A stretch of DNA of 64,000 bases from a virus (lineage: Duplodnaviria; Caudoviricetes), in IMG/VR virus record IMGVR_UViG_3300031801_001562; one strand, written 5' to 3'. The notes under the pieces were generated by a model. That model was not told where the DNA came from, did no database searches, and was given only the letters and a program-made list of their open reading frames with translations. Below are positions 1 to 9,674 of this stretch, one piece after another (position 1 is the first letter of the stretch; each line of letters begins with the position of its first letter). A program made the position numbers and the translations under genes.

Positions 1-309
1 AAAGTAGTTACTGCTGCGGTTGAAAAAGCTAAGGCGGGGCAAATAAAAGAAGTTGAGGGAACTGTGAATAAAATTTGGAGTTTGCTGGACTATCATTATG
101 AAGATATTGATAAACATAAAGAAAAATTAAACCAAGAATACGGACGGCAGATGAAAGAAGTAGAAGATTTAATTATACCTCTGCTAAACAACTTAGCAAA
201 ATCTTCCACTAATGAATACATATATTGGCCCGGCAGACGAGAGATTTTAGAAACGCAAATTGAGAAAATTACTGCACATACTCGAGACGTAAATATATTC
301 ACTGAGTAA
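1..309 (+). CDS. Hypothetical phage protein, 5'-truncated at the window edge
   Basis: Frame is open from base 1 (KVVTAAVEKAK...) to TAA at 307-309; converges on and overlaps the RuvC-like gene. Confidence 0.6.
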   Translation, partial: KVVTAAVEKAKAGQIKEVEGTVNKIWSLLDYHYEDIDKHKEKLNQEYGRQMKEVEDLIIPLLNNLAKSSTNEYIYWPGRREILETQIEKITAHTRDVNIFTE

Positions 310-835
310 TTCCATATTTACAAAGGAAGTAAGAATCAACAATATCAGACGCCGGGTTACCTTTTTCTTGAACTAATTCAAAAGTATCCGGCTCTGTCTT
401 CCATGCTTCTAACATCGCATCTTTATTAGAATTTCCCTTACCTGTTGCGAACTTCTTAATAACAGTTGGTGGAATAGTTTCATAGCGGAAACCATTCTGT
501 TTTAATTTCAGTTTTAAAATACCAACATTTTCCGCGATGTGAAAAACTCTACCTGTAGATCCGTAAGAATAATCTTCTAATATAACTTTCTCAACTCTAC
601 CATTATGCCAACGTAATGTGTCTATGGTCCATTCTGCTAAAAACTTGAACTTATCTATATCTTTTAAATCTTTTGGCAACTTATAACAATTCACATTTTG
701 AAGGGCGGACCACCTATGCCGCCACTTATCCAAAGCAAAAAAATAATAAGTACAATTATTGGGACTACATATTCCATTTTTATATACACAAACACATGGG
801 CTGGTTGTAGAATAATCTATTCCTGCACAAATCAA
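299..835 (-). CDS. RuvC-like (RNase H fold) Holliday junction resolvase/nuclease
   Basis: N-terminal GIDYS, central LEDY, KKFATGKGN and C-terminal DIVDSY match the D-E-D-D layout of RuvC. Confidence 0.75.
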   Translation of the reverse strand: MICAGIDYSTTSPCVCVYKNGICSPNNCTYYFFALDKWRHRWSALQNVNCYKLPKDLKDIDKFKFLAEWTIDTLRWHNGRVEKVILEDYSYGSTGRVFHIAENVGILKLKLKQNGFRYETIPPTVIKKFATGKGNSNKDAMLEAWKTEPDTFELVQEKGNPASDIVDSYFLCKYGITQ

Positions 836-1300
836 TTAAAATCCTAACTGTTGTAATTCTCTTATACTATTATTTGCAGATGTATGTAAAATCGCAATGC
901 CACCCTTTGACTTCCACTCAGCTACGTTTGATTCAGAATCATCAATTAAAATATTTGGTGATAAATTTTCTTCAACAGCATAATATTGTTTTTCTCTTTG
1001 AAAAACACAATGAATTCTTACAGGGTATATTTTATAATGTTTATAAATCCATTGCATTTTTTGCATGCGGCATTCCAGAAAAACGGGTAGATTAGGAATA
1101 GCAGTTAAAACATGCCATTCAAATTGTCCGGAAATATGATTTACTAATTCATCTGCATCGGATATTTTGGGAAGAGAAAAGAAAAAATCTTCAGGGAGGA
1201 GATCCCATCTGTTTGCCCACTCTTTTTTGGTTTCAAATTTTTCAATAATGGCTTTATCAAAATCTGATAAAACTCCATCCATATCAATAAAAACTTTCAT
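836..1300 (-). CDS. HAD-family 5'(3')-deoxyribonucleotidase
   Basis: FIDMDGVLSDF (motif I) and ILIDD (motif IV). Confidence 0.85.
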   Translation of the reverse strand: MKVFIDMDGVLSDFDKAIIEKFETKKEWANRWDLLPEDFFFSLPKISDADELVNHISGQFEWHVLTAIPNLPVFLECRMQKMQWIYKHYKIYPVRIHCVFQREKQYYAVEENLSPNILIDDSESNVAEWKSKGGIAILHTSANNSIRELQQLGF

Positions 1301-1302
1301 AA

Positions 1303-1515
1303 TTAATCGTATATAAAATTCATTTCACCTTCAAGGCCCACTTTTTCTTTGTATGTTTTATCAAGAATATCTTCTAACCAGAGTTTACCTGTAAAAGCAG
1401 GTGCATTCTCGATATCTTTCCACACCTCTTGAATTGCGTTAACACCTAATGATTCAGTATGTTTTTCAAGAACTTTAACACACTCATCAACATATTTTTC
1501 AAATGTTGTTTTCAT
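1303..1515 (-). CDS. Hypothetical protein
   Basis: 70-aa ORF tightly packed in the operon. Confidence 0.55.
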   Translation of the reverse strand: MKTTFEKYVDECVKVLEKHTESLGVNAIQEVWKDIENAPAFTGKLWLEDILDKTYKEKVGLEGEMNFIYD

Positions 1516-1563
1516 AATACCCTCTATTATACATCATTAATAAGTAAATTTCAACAAAAAAAT

Positions 1564-3525
1564 TTAAATCAAATCTACAACCTCACATCCACCGTCACTT
1601 CCACAAGCTTGTGTTTGTGCTCCGGCGGTATGATCTTCTTTTTCATAATCACTTAATTTATCCCAATTTACATTTTTGGGCATTTTTAATAATAATTCTT
1701 TATACTGTTCTTCATCACAATCTTGGTAAGGAGCTTGTTTATACGTATATTCACTAAATGGTAAAAATGAAATACCACTAATAGAATCAAAATTTTCCCA
1801 AACCCATGAACCCACAACCATCCATTCGTGTTCCTTAACCGATACTGTAATAGATGGTTTATGCTCACACCAATGATCTTGATATATTTTCCACAATTCT
1901 ACTTGATCTATAGCTGTCATATCCGTTCTGCATATAGCCCCTTTCGGACTTTTTTGTGGAAAAGAAAATACTGAAGTATGAGTTGGTTTTGTTATATCCG
2001 GTTCATTTGGAAATTTGGCATCTTTCATAAACTTACATAAAGGATCTTTATTATCCGCTCTTACTGTGCGGATGTAATAAGGATTATGTCGAGCATGAAT
2101 ACCAGAAGAACTATCAACCAGCTGAGATACCGTTCCAGAAGGTTTGATACAAGTAATTGCCGCTGATCTTGGGATACCAAGTTTAGTAGACCATTCTTTA
2201 TTTGTTTCAATAGCGACATTTCGAAGCTCCTCTAAAAGTTTGCCGGTTTTTTCTTTTCCTTTTTTTCCATTTGTTAATTCGTTATCCATTATTCCGGTAA
2301 GAGATACTCCCAAAAGTCGTTCTTCTTCACAATTTCTGGCCCATTCTTTGGTGATGTATTTGAAGTTAATGAGCGTTGATTGGAATGTTCCAAGTATGGT
2401 AGCATTGCGAACTTTATCTTTGAGAGATTGGCGAGTGTCCCGTCCACGGATAACGACTTCAGATAAGTTGCAAAATTCTCGTGACCGTAAAATGATCTCG
2501 CTGCACGGATTTGTGCCAAAGTCTTCTCTGGGATCTCGTCTTCGAATAAATCCTCCATGTTCATCTTGTTCCCTTTCGTTTAGTTTTTGAACTTGTCGAT
2601 TAGCTGAATCTCCATTATATATTCCTCGTTCTCCGGATTTTGAATCATAAAGAGATAGCCACTCTCTCATAAAAGTACCAACGTCTGGTTTTTCTTTATA
2701 ATTAACAGAATTATTTGCTAAAGCACGTTGTACATTAAGTTTATACCATTCTCCATGTTTTGCAAATCGCATTTCACGGTCATTAAGATCACTGAGACTG
2801 ATAAGAGCACTTCTTCGAACACCTCCTACAACAACAACTTCTGCAGTCTTACAAATGATGTCATGACATTCAATAGGTTTAAGTTTTCTCCCAGCTGAAT
2901 TTTTAAATATATCTGTAACAAAGTTAAATAAATCTACTAGCGGTTCTGGGCCTGAAGCTCTACCTCCAAATGTTTTTAAAGGCATGCCTGCAGCCCTTAC
3001 TTTACTCATATCCCATTTAGGAGAAAGTCCTTGATATAATAATGAAACTAATTCTTTAAAAGCCTTACACCAACCCAATTTACTATCTGCAACTACTATG
3101 GTAGTATCTGTGAGAAAAAATTCTTCCGCGATAACTGGCATTTGTTTTGTATATTTTTCTTCAACGGAAAAACCAACACCTGTTCCATTCATTAAAACAT
3201 ACATAATTTCATCAAACGTTCTTTGATTATCACATTTTAAATACGAACAATTATATCCAGCAACATTTTCTTTTTTAAGAGGCTCTCCGGCTGTCATTAA
3301 ACATCTCATAGACGGCATAACTTCTAAATTTAGAACTGCTTCTTCTAATTCTTTTCTTTCTACATCAGAAAAATCATAATCGCATTTTTCTTTTAAATCT
3401 TCTTTAAAAAAATCAAAATATCTACCGATTGTTTCGGACCATTTTTCTCTTCTTTCTTCATCATACCTCCATCTTGCATATCTTGAAAGATGTATAAATG
3501 ATTGATATTCTGTAGGTAGGTTCAT
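1564..3525 (-). CDS. nrdJ: Class II (adenosylcobalamin-dependent) ribonucleotide reductase
   Basis: MNLPTEYQSFIHLSRYARW start, GGVRRSA, TNPCSEI active site, TCIKPSGTVSQL, C-terminal CxxxxC tail; no nrdB in the window. Confidence 0.92.
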   Translation of the reverse strand: MNLPTEYQSFIHLSRYARWRYDEERREKWSETIGRYFDFFKEDLKEKCDYDFSDVERKELEEAVLNLEVMPSMRCLMTAGEPLKKENVAGYNCSYLKCDNQRTFDEIMYVLMNGTGVGFSVEEKYTKQMPVIAEEFFLTDTTIVVADSKLGWCKAFKELVSLLYQGLSPKWDMSKVRAAGMPLKTFGGRASGPEPLVDLFNFVTDIFKNSAGRKLKPIECHDIICKTAEVVVVGGVRRSALISLSDLNDREMRFAKHGEWYKLNVQRALANNSVNYKEKPDVGTFMREWLSLYDSKSGERGIYNGDSANRQVQKLNEREQDEHGGFIRRRDPREDFGTNPCSEIILRSREFCNLSEVVIRGRDTRQSLKDKVRNATILGTFQSTLINFKYITKEWARNCEEERLLGVSLTGIMDNELTNGKKGKEKTGKLLEELRNVAIETNKEWSTKLGIPRSAAITCIKPSGTVSQLVDSSSGIHARHNPYYIRTVRADNKDPLCKFMKDAKFPNEPDITKPTHTSVFSFPQKSPKGAICRTDMTAIDQVELWKIYQDHWCEHKPSITVSVKEHEWMVVGSWVWENFDSISGISFLPFSEYTYKQAPYQDCDEEQYKELLLKMPKNVNWDKLSDYEKEDHTAGAQTQACGSDGGCEVVDLI

Positions 3526-3539
3526 TCATTTTCCTTGTG

Positions 3540-4325
3540 TTAAATTTTTTTTAGGAATTCTTTTCGTTCTCGTTTTGATAACCCCTCGAGGGCAAATGCT
3601 TTTCTGTCTGCTAATTCATACTTTATTACTTCCATTTCTTGTTTAGAAAATGTAACAGCATTTTTATCATAATCTTCAAATGCCTCACAACACAAAGGAA
3701 ATTCGGGTTTGACTAACTGATACATAGCTACAGCATAATCTTGAGTTTCTTTCTGTGTATGATTATCCATTCTTAATTTACAAAAGTGAAAAAAATTATG
3801 TAAATCTATTTTCCAAATAACTTCAGTATAATTACCTACTGGTAGCACAGAACGAGCTAATTCTCGAGCCAAATCAAGATCTAATAAATTGTGATAGGAG
3901 TGAATAGCATTATCATATATGCGATTAAATTCGAATTTAACAAGACCTTTTTGCTCAATTTCTTCACCTCTACCCTGATTGTTTTGGGTTGATTGTTTTT
4001 GTATATCATCGTCATGAGGAACATAAAAGTCTTCACTCATCAACGAATATCGTCCAGAATATTCATTTAAATTCGCCGTCCGATGTCGAACTATTTGTCT
4101 CATAACGAAAATGGGCAATTTTAAATAAAACTTTACTTCACACATCTCAAAAGGCGAGGTGTGTTTATGCCGCATTAAATATCGAATTAAATTACGGGTC
4201 TCACTAACTTTTTTTGTACCTTTGCCGTAACTTATTCGGGCGGCATCGACTATATCTTCATCACTTCCCATAATATCTAATAATCTAACTAGTCCATCTT
4301 CATGAACTTTCACTTCTTCATTCAT
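3540..4325 (-). CDS. thyX: FAD-dependent thymidylate synthase ThyX
   Basis: HTSPFE, RQIVRHRTANLNEYSGRY (RHRx7SxR), ELARSVLP; start placed at ATG 4325, which overlaps the primase stop (ATGA). Confidence 0.95.
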   Translation of the reverse strand: MNEEVKVHEDGLVRLLDIMGSDEDIVDAARISYGKGTKKVSETRNLIRYLMRHKHTSPFEMCEVKFYLKLPIFVMRQIVRHRTANLNEYSGRYSLMSEDFYVPHDDDIQKQSTQNNQGRGEEIEQKGLVKFEFNRIYDNAIHSYHNLLDLDLARELARSVLPVGNYTEVIWKIDLHNFFHFCKLRMDNHTQKETQDYAVAMYQLVKPEFPLCCEAFEDYDKNAVTFSKQEMEVIKYELADRKAFALEGLSKRERKEFLKKI

Positions 4326-5320
4326 GATCTTTTCCACTGGTTAAATTTTATTCTTGCGGGAAGGCCGCGATAAGTATTCATATTTATTATATCAATAATT
4401 TCCAAAATATCCATTTCACCCACGACCATATCATTAATATCTTTAAATTTAACTGTGTCTGGCCATATGCAAACCGCGAAACCTTTTTTAATAGATTTTT
4501 CTATTTTAAATACAATTTCTTTATTTCTTGGTTCATTATCATATACAAAAACAACGTTCTTAGCATAAAACATACTAACATCATCCAAATCGCTGCCGGC
4601 CATGGCAAGAGAATTTGGAAGAAACATGCTATCAAACGGTCCTTCAACAATGTATATTAATTCATCTTCTTTTATTTTATCTAATCCGAATATTTTTGTA
4701 GCGCTCTTATCTATTTTAATAGTAAAATATCTTAATGTATTATTTTCTAAACTTCTACCCTGAGCAGCAATTAGTTTTCGATCTTTACTAAAAAATGGAA
4801 TAATTATTCTGGGATCATTTGCTTTTAATCGCGCAGCTAATTCTACATCATATTTACTCACCCAACTTTTAAAACAATCTGCAAAGTACATATCACTATA
4901 GCGATCTTTGGGCAACATTCTTACATCACAAAATTTTACGGCTGGATGATCTGGATCCAAATCAATTAATTTTGGCGCATCTATTTTTGTAAAAACCGGT
5001 TTTCTAAAAATAGGAATTTTTTCTTGATAAACTGGAGTACCGTTTTCTTCTTTATAATTTTCAAATGAATATTGTCTTGATAAAGTAGGATCTATTTTGT
5101 CTAATAAAAATTTTAACGATCCGCCGGCTCCGCAATTATGACATTTAAAAATTAAGTTATTTTTTTTATTAAAAAGATAACCTCTTGCTTTAAATTGATT
5201 TTTTTGAGAATCTCCACATATTGGACATCTAAAATTATATAAGTCTCTGGATTTTCGGGCAAAACGAGATAAACGGGAAGAAAGCAAATTAGTATACTTG
5301 TGGTCGATATATAGACTCAT
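4322..5320 (-). CDS. 61: DNA primase (T4 gp61-like)
   Basis: Zn-finger CPICGDS...CHNCG, TOPRIM VEGPFDSMF, DNEPRNKEI, KDINDM. Confidence 0.95.
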   Translation of the reverse strand: MSLYIDHKYTNLLSSRLSRFARKSRDLYNFRCPICGDSQKNQFKARGYLFNKKNNLIFKCHNCGAGGSLKFLLDKIDPTLSRQYSFENYKEENGTPVYQEKIPIFRKPVFTKIDAPKLIDLDPDHPAVKFCDVRMLPKDRYSDMYFADCFKSWVSKYDVELAARLKANDPRIIIPFFSKDRKLIAAQGRSLENNTLRYFTIKIDKSATKIFGLDKIKEDELIYIVEGPFDSMFLPNSLAMAGSDLDDVSMFYAKNVVFVYDNEPRNKEIVFKIEKSIKKGFAVCIWPDTVKFKDINDMVVGEMDILEIIDIINMNTYRGLPARIKFNQWKRS

Positions 5321-5355
5321 TGTGCTCTATATTTTAGAGTTTAATTTAATAATAT

Positions 5356-5384
5356 ATTATAGTATGATTTAAAAGAAATGTCAA
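5356..5384 (-). promoter_or_regulatory. sigma70-type early promoter for the primase-thyX-nrdJ operon
   Basis: Minus strand reads TTGACA-17 nt-TATAAT (perfect consensus). Confidence 0.85.
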
Positions 5385-5387
5385 GAT

Positions 5388-5414
5388 AAAAAAAGGGACC
5401 AGTGGTCCCTTTTT
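5388..5414. terminator. Bidirectional intrinsic terminator
   Basis: A7-GGGACC-AGT-GGTCCC-T5 hairpin directly downstream of the late operon. Confidence 0.85.
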
Positions 5415-5431
5415 ACTCGCTGTGGATTTTA

Positions 5432-5767
5432 TTAAGAATTTTTAAACATTCTTATAATTTTTATGATTTCTACGCCAGCATTAATTGCTTCTTCAACTAC
5501 TACGTCAAGATCATCTGTTAGATCTTGTAATTCAAATTCATCTTTAGCAAATTGAATTAATTCTTCGAATTCAGTATCATCTAAATCTTGTAATTCAACT
5601 AAAACATCTTCAACATGATCCATAGATGATCCTAATCTTTTCAAAGGATCAATAAACTTTTTTGCATCCGACCATCCAATATCACCTGCTTCCATTGCAG
5701 TAACAGATGCTTCACTTAATGCGAAAACGAAAGCCAATACATCTTTCGTTTCTTGTACTCCTGCCAT
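5432..5767 (-). CDS. Hypothetical acidic protein
   Basis: 111-aa ORF preceded by an AAAGG RBS; last gene before the terminator. Confidence 0.7.
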   Translation of the reverse strand: MAGVQETKDVLAFVFALSEASVTAMEAGDIGWSDAKKFIDPLKRLGSSMDHVEDVLVELQDLDDTEFEELIQFAKDEFELQDLTDDLDVVVEEAINAGVEIIKIIRMFKNS

Positions 5768-5778
5768 AATATACCTTT

Positions 5779-6471
5779 CTAAATGTTATGATTGGGATGG
5801 GAAGGAAAAATTCTTCTTTGTTCCCTAATTCCCATAGGTTCAAGTCTTTTTAAAACTTCCCCTTTCCTCTTCTTTTTTCTTACGGGTGGATCATCGCCTG
5901 CTTCAGCACTTCCAGCTATTCCACCTGCGGCCATGGCATTAGCAGGAGCATCTTCTTTAACTTCCTTATGTTTAAGAAAATCTTTAACCATTTGAAGATC
6001 CATATCATGTAATTTTTTCCAATTCGGGTCATCAACCCATTTAATACCGGCATCGCGATCAGCTTCCGTATCGCCTTCTGTTAGAAAATCATCTTCGCCC
6101 CACTCATGAAGCACATCTTCATATAAATTTGAAAACTTTTCTTCTAATATTTTTTCATCTGCCAATATTTTTAGATTTTTTTCTTCGCGGAGGAGTAATA
6201 AAGCCGCAGCATAAGTAGCAATTGTTGTTTTTCCAAAAGGTATCTTACCTAACAATTTCTTCAAATTGAAGATAAGAGTATCCATCATAGTATAGGCATT
6301 TCTTTGTTCTATAGTAGTAAAGTCTCTTTTTTTAATGAGAACTTTACCATTCTTATCGATAATGCCTAACTTATAAGCATCTGTTTTTTCAAATTTGGTA
6401 ACTAATCGTTTTAGGAAGGAAAATAGAAAATATAATTCTGAACCTTGTACTAGTACATTTTTTAGACCCAT
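5779..6471 (-). CDS. Conserved marine T4-like hypothetical protein
   Basis: FLKRLVTKFEKTDAYKLGIIDKNGKVL resembles a family I recall from marine T4-like phages; function unknown. Confidence 0.65.
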   Translation of the reverse strand: MGLKNVLVQGSELYFLFSFLKRLVTKFEKTDAYKLGIIDKNGKVLIKKRDFTTIEQRNAYTMMDTLIFNLKKLLGKIPFGKTTIATYAAALLLLREEKNLKILADEKILEEKFSNLYEDVLHEWGEDDFLTEGDTEADRDAGIKWVDDPNWKKLHDMDLQMVKDFLKHKEVKEDAPANAMAAGGIAGSAEAGDDPPVRKKKRKGEVLKRLEPMGIREQRRIFPSHPNHNI

Positions 6472-6478
6472 GAAAATC

Positions 6479-6871
6479 CTATAACCATCTTAATTGCTTT
6501 ACTACGTGTTGATCTAGTGTTATATCACTTTCTCTGATATTTGCACCTTTTATGCTGCGAACAACTTTTGGCATTCTTTTTAAATATATTAAAAAAGGTT
6601 TTAACACATGCCAACTATTTTCATCAATTTTATAAAATAATATTCGGGTCGCAGCTTCGTTCTCGAATAAATTATATATCATAATCAAGTGGTTAAGAAT
6701 TAATCTTTGTTTTAATTCATGAGTTGTTAGATAATGATTTAAAAGCCTTTTTAAATATTTAAACCTTTTCATATCATCTCTATAATCCTCAGTACCGATA
6801 CATTGAGGATTATCATAAAACTTCATGCAATATAATTCTATATTATTTTCATTTATATCATCAAAATTCAC
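6479..6871 (-). CDS. Conserved marine T4-like hypothetical protein
   Basis: YDNPQC...DDMKRFKYLKRLL...RLILNHLI pattern recalled from cyanophage-like genomes. Confidence 0.65.
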   Translation of the reverse strand: MNFDDINENNIELYCMKFYDNPQCIGTEDYRDDMKRFKYLKRLLNHYLTTHELKQRLILNHLIMIYNLFENEAATRILFYKIDENSWHVLKPFLIYLKRMPKVVRSIKGANIRESDITLDQHVVKQLRWL

Positions 6872-7098
6872 TTTTTAACTTTTTTATCACTTTTTGAACT
6901 TTTAATAGTTCCATCTTCTACTTTATTTTCAATCATACTTAAATAATGATTCGAAACTTGAATTGCTCCGTCAAGATTGGCAAGCGTCCGCTCTAATTGT
7001 TGAATTTCGTCAGACGCTTGATCTAATCTTGTTTGAACTTGAACTCTATCTTTTTGTAAGAAATCTAATTGCTTATCAATTTCACTTTTTTTTATCAT
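6868..7098 (-). CDS. Small coiled-coil protein
   Basis: Heptad pattern; overlaps the start of the next gene by 4 nt. Confidence 0.55.
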   Translation of the reverse strand: MIKKSEIDKQLDFLQKDRVQVQTRLDQASDEIQQLERTLANLDGAIQVSNHYLSMIENKVEDGTIKSSKSDKKVKK

Positions 7099-7119
7099 AA
7101 TATATCCATTAATTATTTA

Positions 7120-7839
7120 TTATGCAACACCGTCCCAAAGTAAAAGATACTTAGTCAAGCCAGATACACATACTTTTATTGCACCATTTGCAGGACCGGT
7201 ATTTGTACTAACGGTATTTTCACCGGAAGTTAAAAATGGTCCGACATTGGCCCCGGCTGCAGCACTATATCCGCCTGCTGGTGTCGCATCCCAAGCAAAA
7301 GCAACATTTTGTGATGCTCCTGTTAAGGTGCTTGCAACATCAAATTTAATAAATGCTGTAGGACTTGCACTAGGTGAAGCATAGGTATTAGCATGAGATA
7401 AAATCATGACATATGAGTTACCAGAATCGGCACTATCCCATGTATTTAAATCAAGCGTAGCTTTATGTGCGGTTGTTTCTGCGGTAAAGGCAACATTAGC
7501 ATCATGTATTAAAACTTTTGAGGCGGTTGCCGTTAAAGTTCCAACATTAGCCTGAGTTGCTCCCGTGGCCATAGGTGAAACACAGATTTGCGATGTGGTA
7601 ATATTATCAAAAACATCGGTAGATGAAGGTGTAATATTAGCGGTATGCAAAGTTTTGTGAACTATTTCTTCAGTAGCAGCTGCTGTACCAGTGACGGTAT
7701 GAGTAACGTTTGCTAAGAAATCTTTAACTGTGAGTTTCTTGTTCACAGGTGATCCACTTGGATCATCTATAATATGAAGTAAATCTTCGGACGCCGCTTC
7801 TGACGCGGGCGTTAACGCGGTTATTTTCTTATCAGCCAT
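7120..7839 (-). CDS. Putative virion structural protein (MADKKIT-type N-terminus)
   Basis: Ala/Thr/Ser/Gly-rich; N-terminal ~45 aa paralogous to 7937-8779; AGGAG RBS. Confidence 0.6.
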   Translation of the reverse strand: MADKKITALTPASEAASEDLLHIIDDPSGSPVNKKLTVKDFLANVTHTVTGTAAATEEIVHKTLHTANITPSSTDVFDNITTSQICVSPMATGATQANVGTLTATASKVLIHDANVAFTAETTAHKATLDLNTWDSADSGNSYVMILSHANTYASPSASPTAFIKFDVASTLTGASQNVAFAWDATPAGGYSAAAGANVGPFLTSGENTVSTNTGPANGAIKVCVSGLTKYLLLWDGVA

Positions 7840-7936
7840 TTTTCTCCTTGCTGGCTTTTGCGGTGGGACTCACCACCAGTTAAAATCATGCTGAGAATCG
7901 CTCTTGCGAAGGGTCTTTTCTCAGACATCCAAATAT

Positions 7937-8779
7937 TTATGATACCAATCCTAGGCGTTCTAATTCATCTATAATGTCCGCAGCTGTTGTTGCGCCGGCA
8001 ATAAAAGTAGAATTAGCTGCAACGGGAGCAGAACCATAAAATCCAACTATATCGGTCGCGCTTCCTATTTGTACGCCACCTCTAAATCTCATTACTGTAG
8101 TATTTGCAGAAATATACATATCTTTTTCGACACCATCTTCGAGTGCCATATCAATACCAGATTCTAATTGCATATTTCCGGTTTCAGAAAAGTTACTAGT
8201 AAAAGAACCATTTTCTGGAACGCTATCTTCTATTAATAGACTGCCTTGAAAATCTATTCTTGATTCTATCAAACCAACAATTTGCCATCGATCAGCTGTC
8301 TTGTGTCCGACAACTGTATCAAATTTAATACTAATACCATTAGCAAGGGCTTGATTAGTTCCGTCAATATCAACAGTTGTTGCTCCGGTTGAAGTATCTC
8401 CGTCTCTCCACCATTTAAAAGTGTCATTGGCGGTTATGGAAGTACCATCAATTTCAACATGCCATACTGAATTTTCTTCTAAATCAAGAGTTCCTAAAAC
8501 AACTGTTAAATCATCTACCTCACCTTTTATTATTTCAGGCTGTAAAGTTGTTTTAGAATTTCTTAAATTTATGTCTCTGGCAACATTTGTATCAGCGCGG
8601 GATTGAATTTTATTAGCAACACTTCTTGTGGTTTTATCCGTAGATAAAGCTGATAACAAATTATCTAACCTTATCTTTTTATTAACCGGATTACCAATTG
8701 GATCATCTACTATGATTAATAAATCTTCGGAGGTAGGCGATGCATGAGTATCTAAAGCTGGTATAGTTTTGTCTGCCAT
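7937..8779 (-). CDS. Putative virion structural protein, paralog of 7120-7839
   Basis: MADKTIPAL...SEDLLIIVDDPIGNPVNKK versus MADKKITAL...[19 protein letters not shown]. Confidence 0.6.
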   Translation of the reverse strand: MADKTIPALDTHASPTSEDLLIIVDDPIGNPVNKKIRLDNLLSALSTDKTTRSVANKIQSRADTNVARDINLRNSKTTLQPEIIKGEVDDLTVVLGTLDLEENSVWHVEIDGTSITANDTFKWWRDGDTSTGATTVDIDGTNQALANGISIKFDTVVGHKTADRWQIVGLIESRIDFQGSLLIEDSVPENGSFTSNFSETGNMQLESGIDMALEDGVEKDMYISANTTVMRFRGGVQIGSATDIVGFYGSAPVAANSTFIAGATTAADIIDELERLGLVS

Positions 8780-9022
8780 TTATTTCTTCGATTCTGTTTC
8801 AAGTTCTTTCAGTTCGGGTACTTCAACGTCTACAGATTCAGCTGTCGTTAAAATATCATCGCAAGCACTAATTGCACCTGCGTAAGCTTGTATATTAGCT
8901 TTTGTTTGCTCAACTTCTTGAAGCTGCTGCGAAAGCTGTTTTTCAAACTCGACTTTCGCAGCTGCATGTTGATTGCGTTTTACAACAATTGTGCTCACAT
9001 TTATATTTTCAATATATTCCAT
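8780..9022 (-). CDS. Small coiled-coil protein (possible assembly chaperone)
   Basis: 80-aa ORF abutting the fibre-like gene; function is inference. Confidence 0.5.
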   Translation of the reverse strand: MEYIENINVSTIVVKRNQHAAAKVEFEKQLSQQLQEVEQTKANIQAYAGAISACDDILTTAESVDVEVPELKELETESKK

Positions 9023-9036
9023 AATTTAATTAATTA

Positions 9037-9636
9037 TTAAGGAGCTGCAATTGTAATTTGTGAATAACCTATTGCTGTTTTAACCGCAGCAGTTAACTTA
9101 CCTGATGCTAGTTCTATGGCAACACCTGATACTGTATCTTTTAGGTTTGCTCGATTACCCATTGCTACATTAGCTGCAAGATCATAAGTTGTTGCTTGTG
9201 AACTTGTTGCTGTAAACCTTAACACGTTTCCAGCTACACCGGTAGCTATTGCTGTTCCGGAAATATGTGTGACTGTTGCGGTTACGTTTGATCCTGCTCC
9301 TGCTGTAAGTAACAGAGTTGCTGCTGAACCAGCTGTATAAGTTACAGATTCATCATAGGCAATTTCAAATACGATATTACCTGCAGAACCGTGTGCTGTA
9401 GAAGTCACAATTCTATAGTTTGACATCGTTGGATGTTTCAATCCAACAGCAGCGGTTGCACCGGCGAGTCCGCCAATTGCAACTAAAATTTCTGGTGCGT
9501 CACTTCCTGGAAGTTTCGTTTCCCACCCTCGATTAGTTGCATAGACACCAGTTTTGTCATACGTATGACCTGCCGAATCGGGCAACCATTTAGGTTTATT
9601 ATCTGCCGCATCGTGAGTTGTTCCCCATAAAGGCAT
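9037..9636 (-). CDS. Putative virion structural/decoration protein (MPLWG type)
   Basis: MPLWG...GVYATNRGW N-terminus, beta-rich Ala/Thr/Gly body, AAGGAG RBS, late promoter upstream. Confidence 0.6.
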   Translation of the reverse strand: MPLWGTTHDAADNKPKWLPDSAGHTYDKTGVYATNRGWETKLPGSDAPEILVAIGGLAGATAAVGLKHPTMSNYRIVTSTAHGSAGNIVFEIAYDESVTYTAGSAATLLLTAGAGSNVTATVTHISGTAIATGVAGNVLRFTATSSQATTYDLAANVAMGNRANLKDTVSGVAIELASGKLTAAVKTAIGYSQITIAAP

Positions 9637-9666
9637 TTTGTTCTCCTTGATTTGTTAGTTATTTAA

Positions 9667-9674
9667 TATTTATA
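9667..9674 (-). promoter_or_regulatory. T4-type late promoter (TATAAATA)
   Basis: Exact gp55 consensus ~30 nt upstream of the ATG at 9636. Confidence 0.75.

Noticed and set aside
1303-1515. MKTTFEKYVDE as another capsid-targeting sequence
   Set aside because: Poor register match, and the gene lies in an early sigma70 operon rather than a late one
2144-2590. Plus-strand ORFs in the track, e.g. 2144-2590, 30993-31349, 33592-34077, 44086-44547
   Set aside because: Antisense shadows of well-supported minus-strand genes, with biased composition and no RBS
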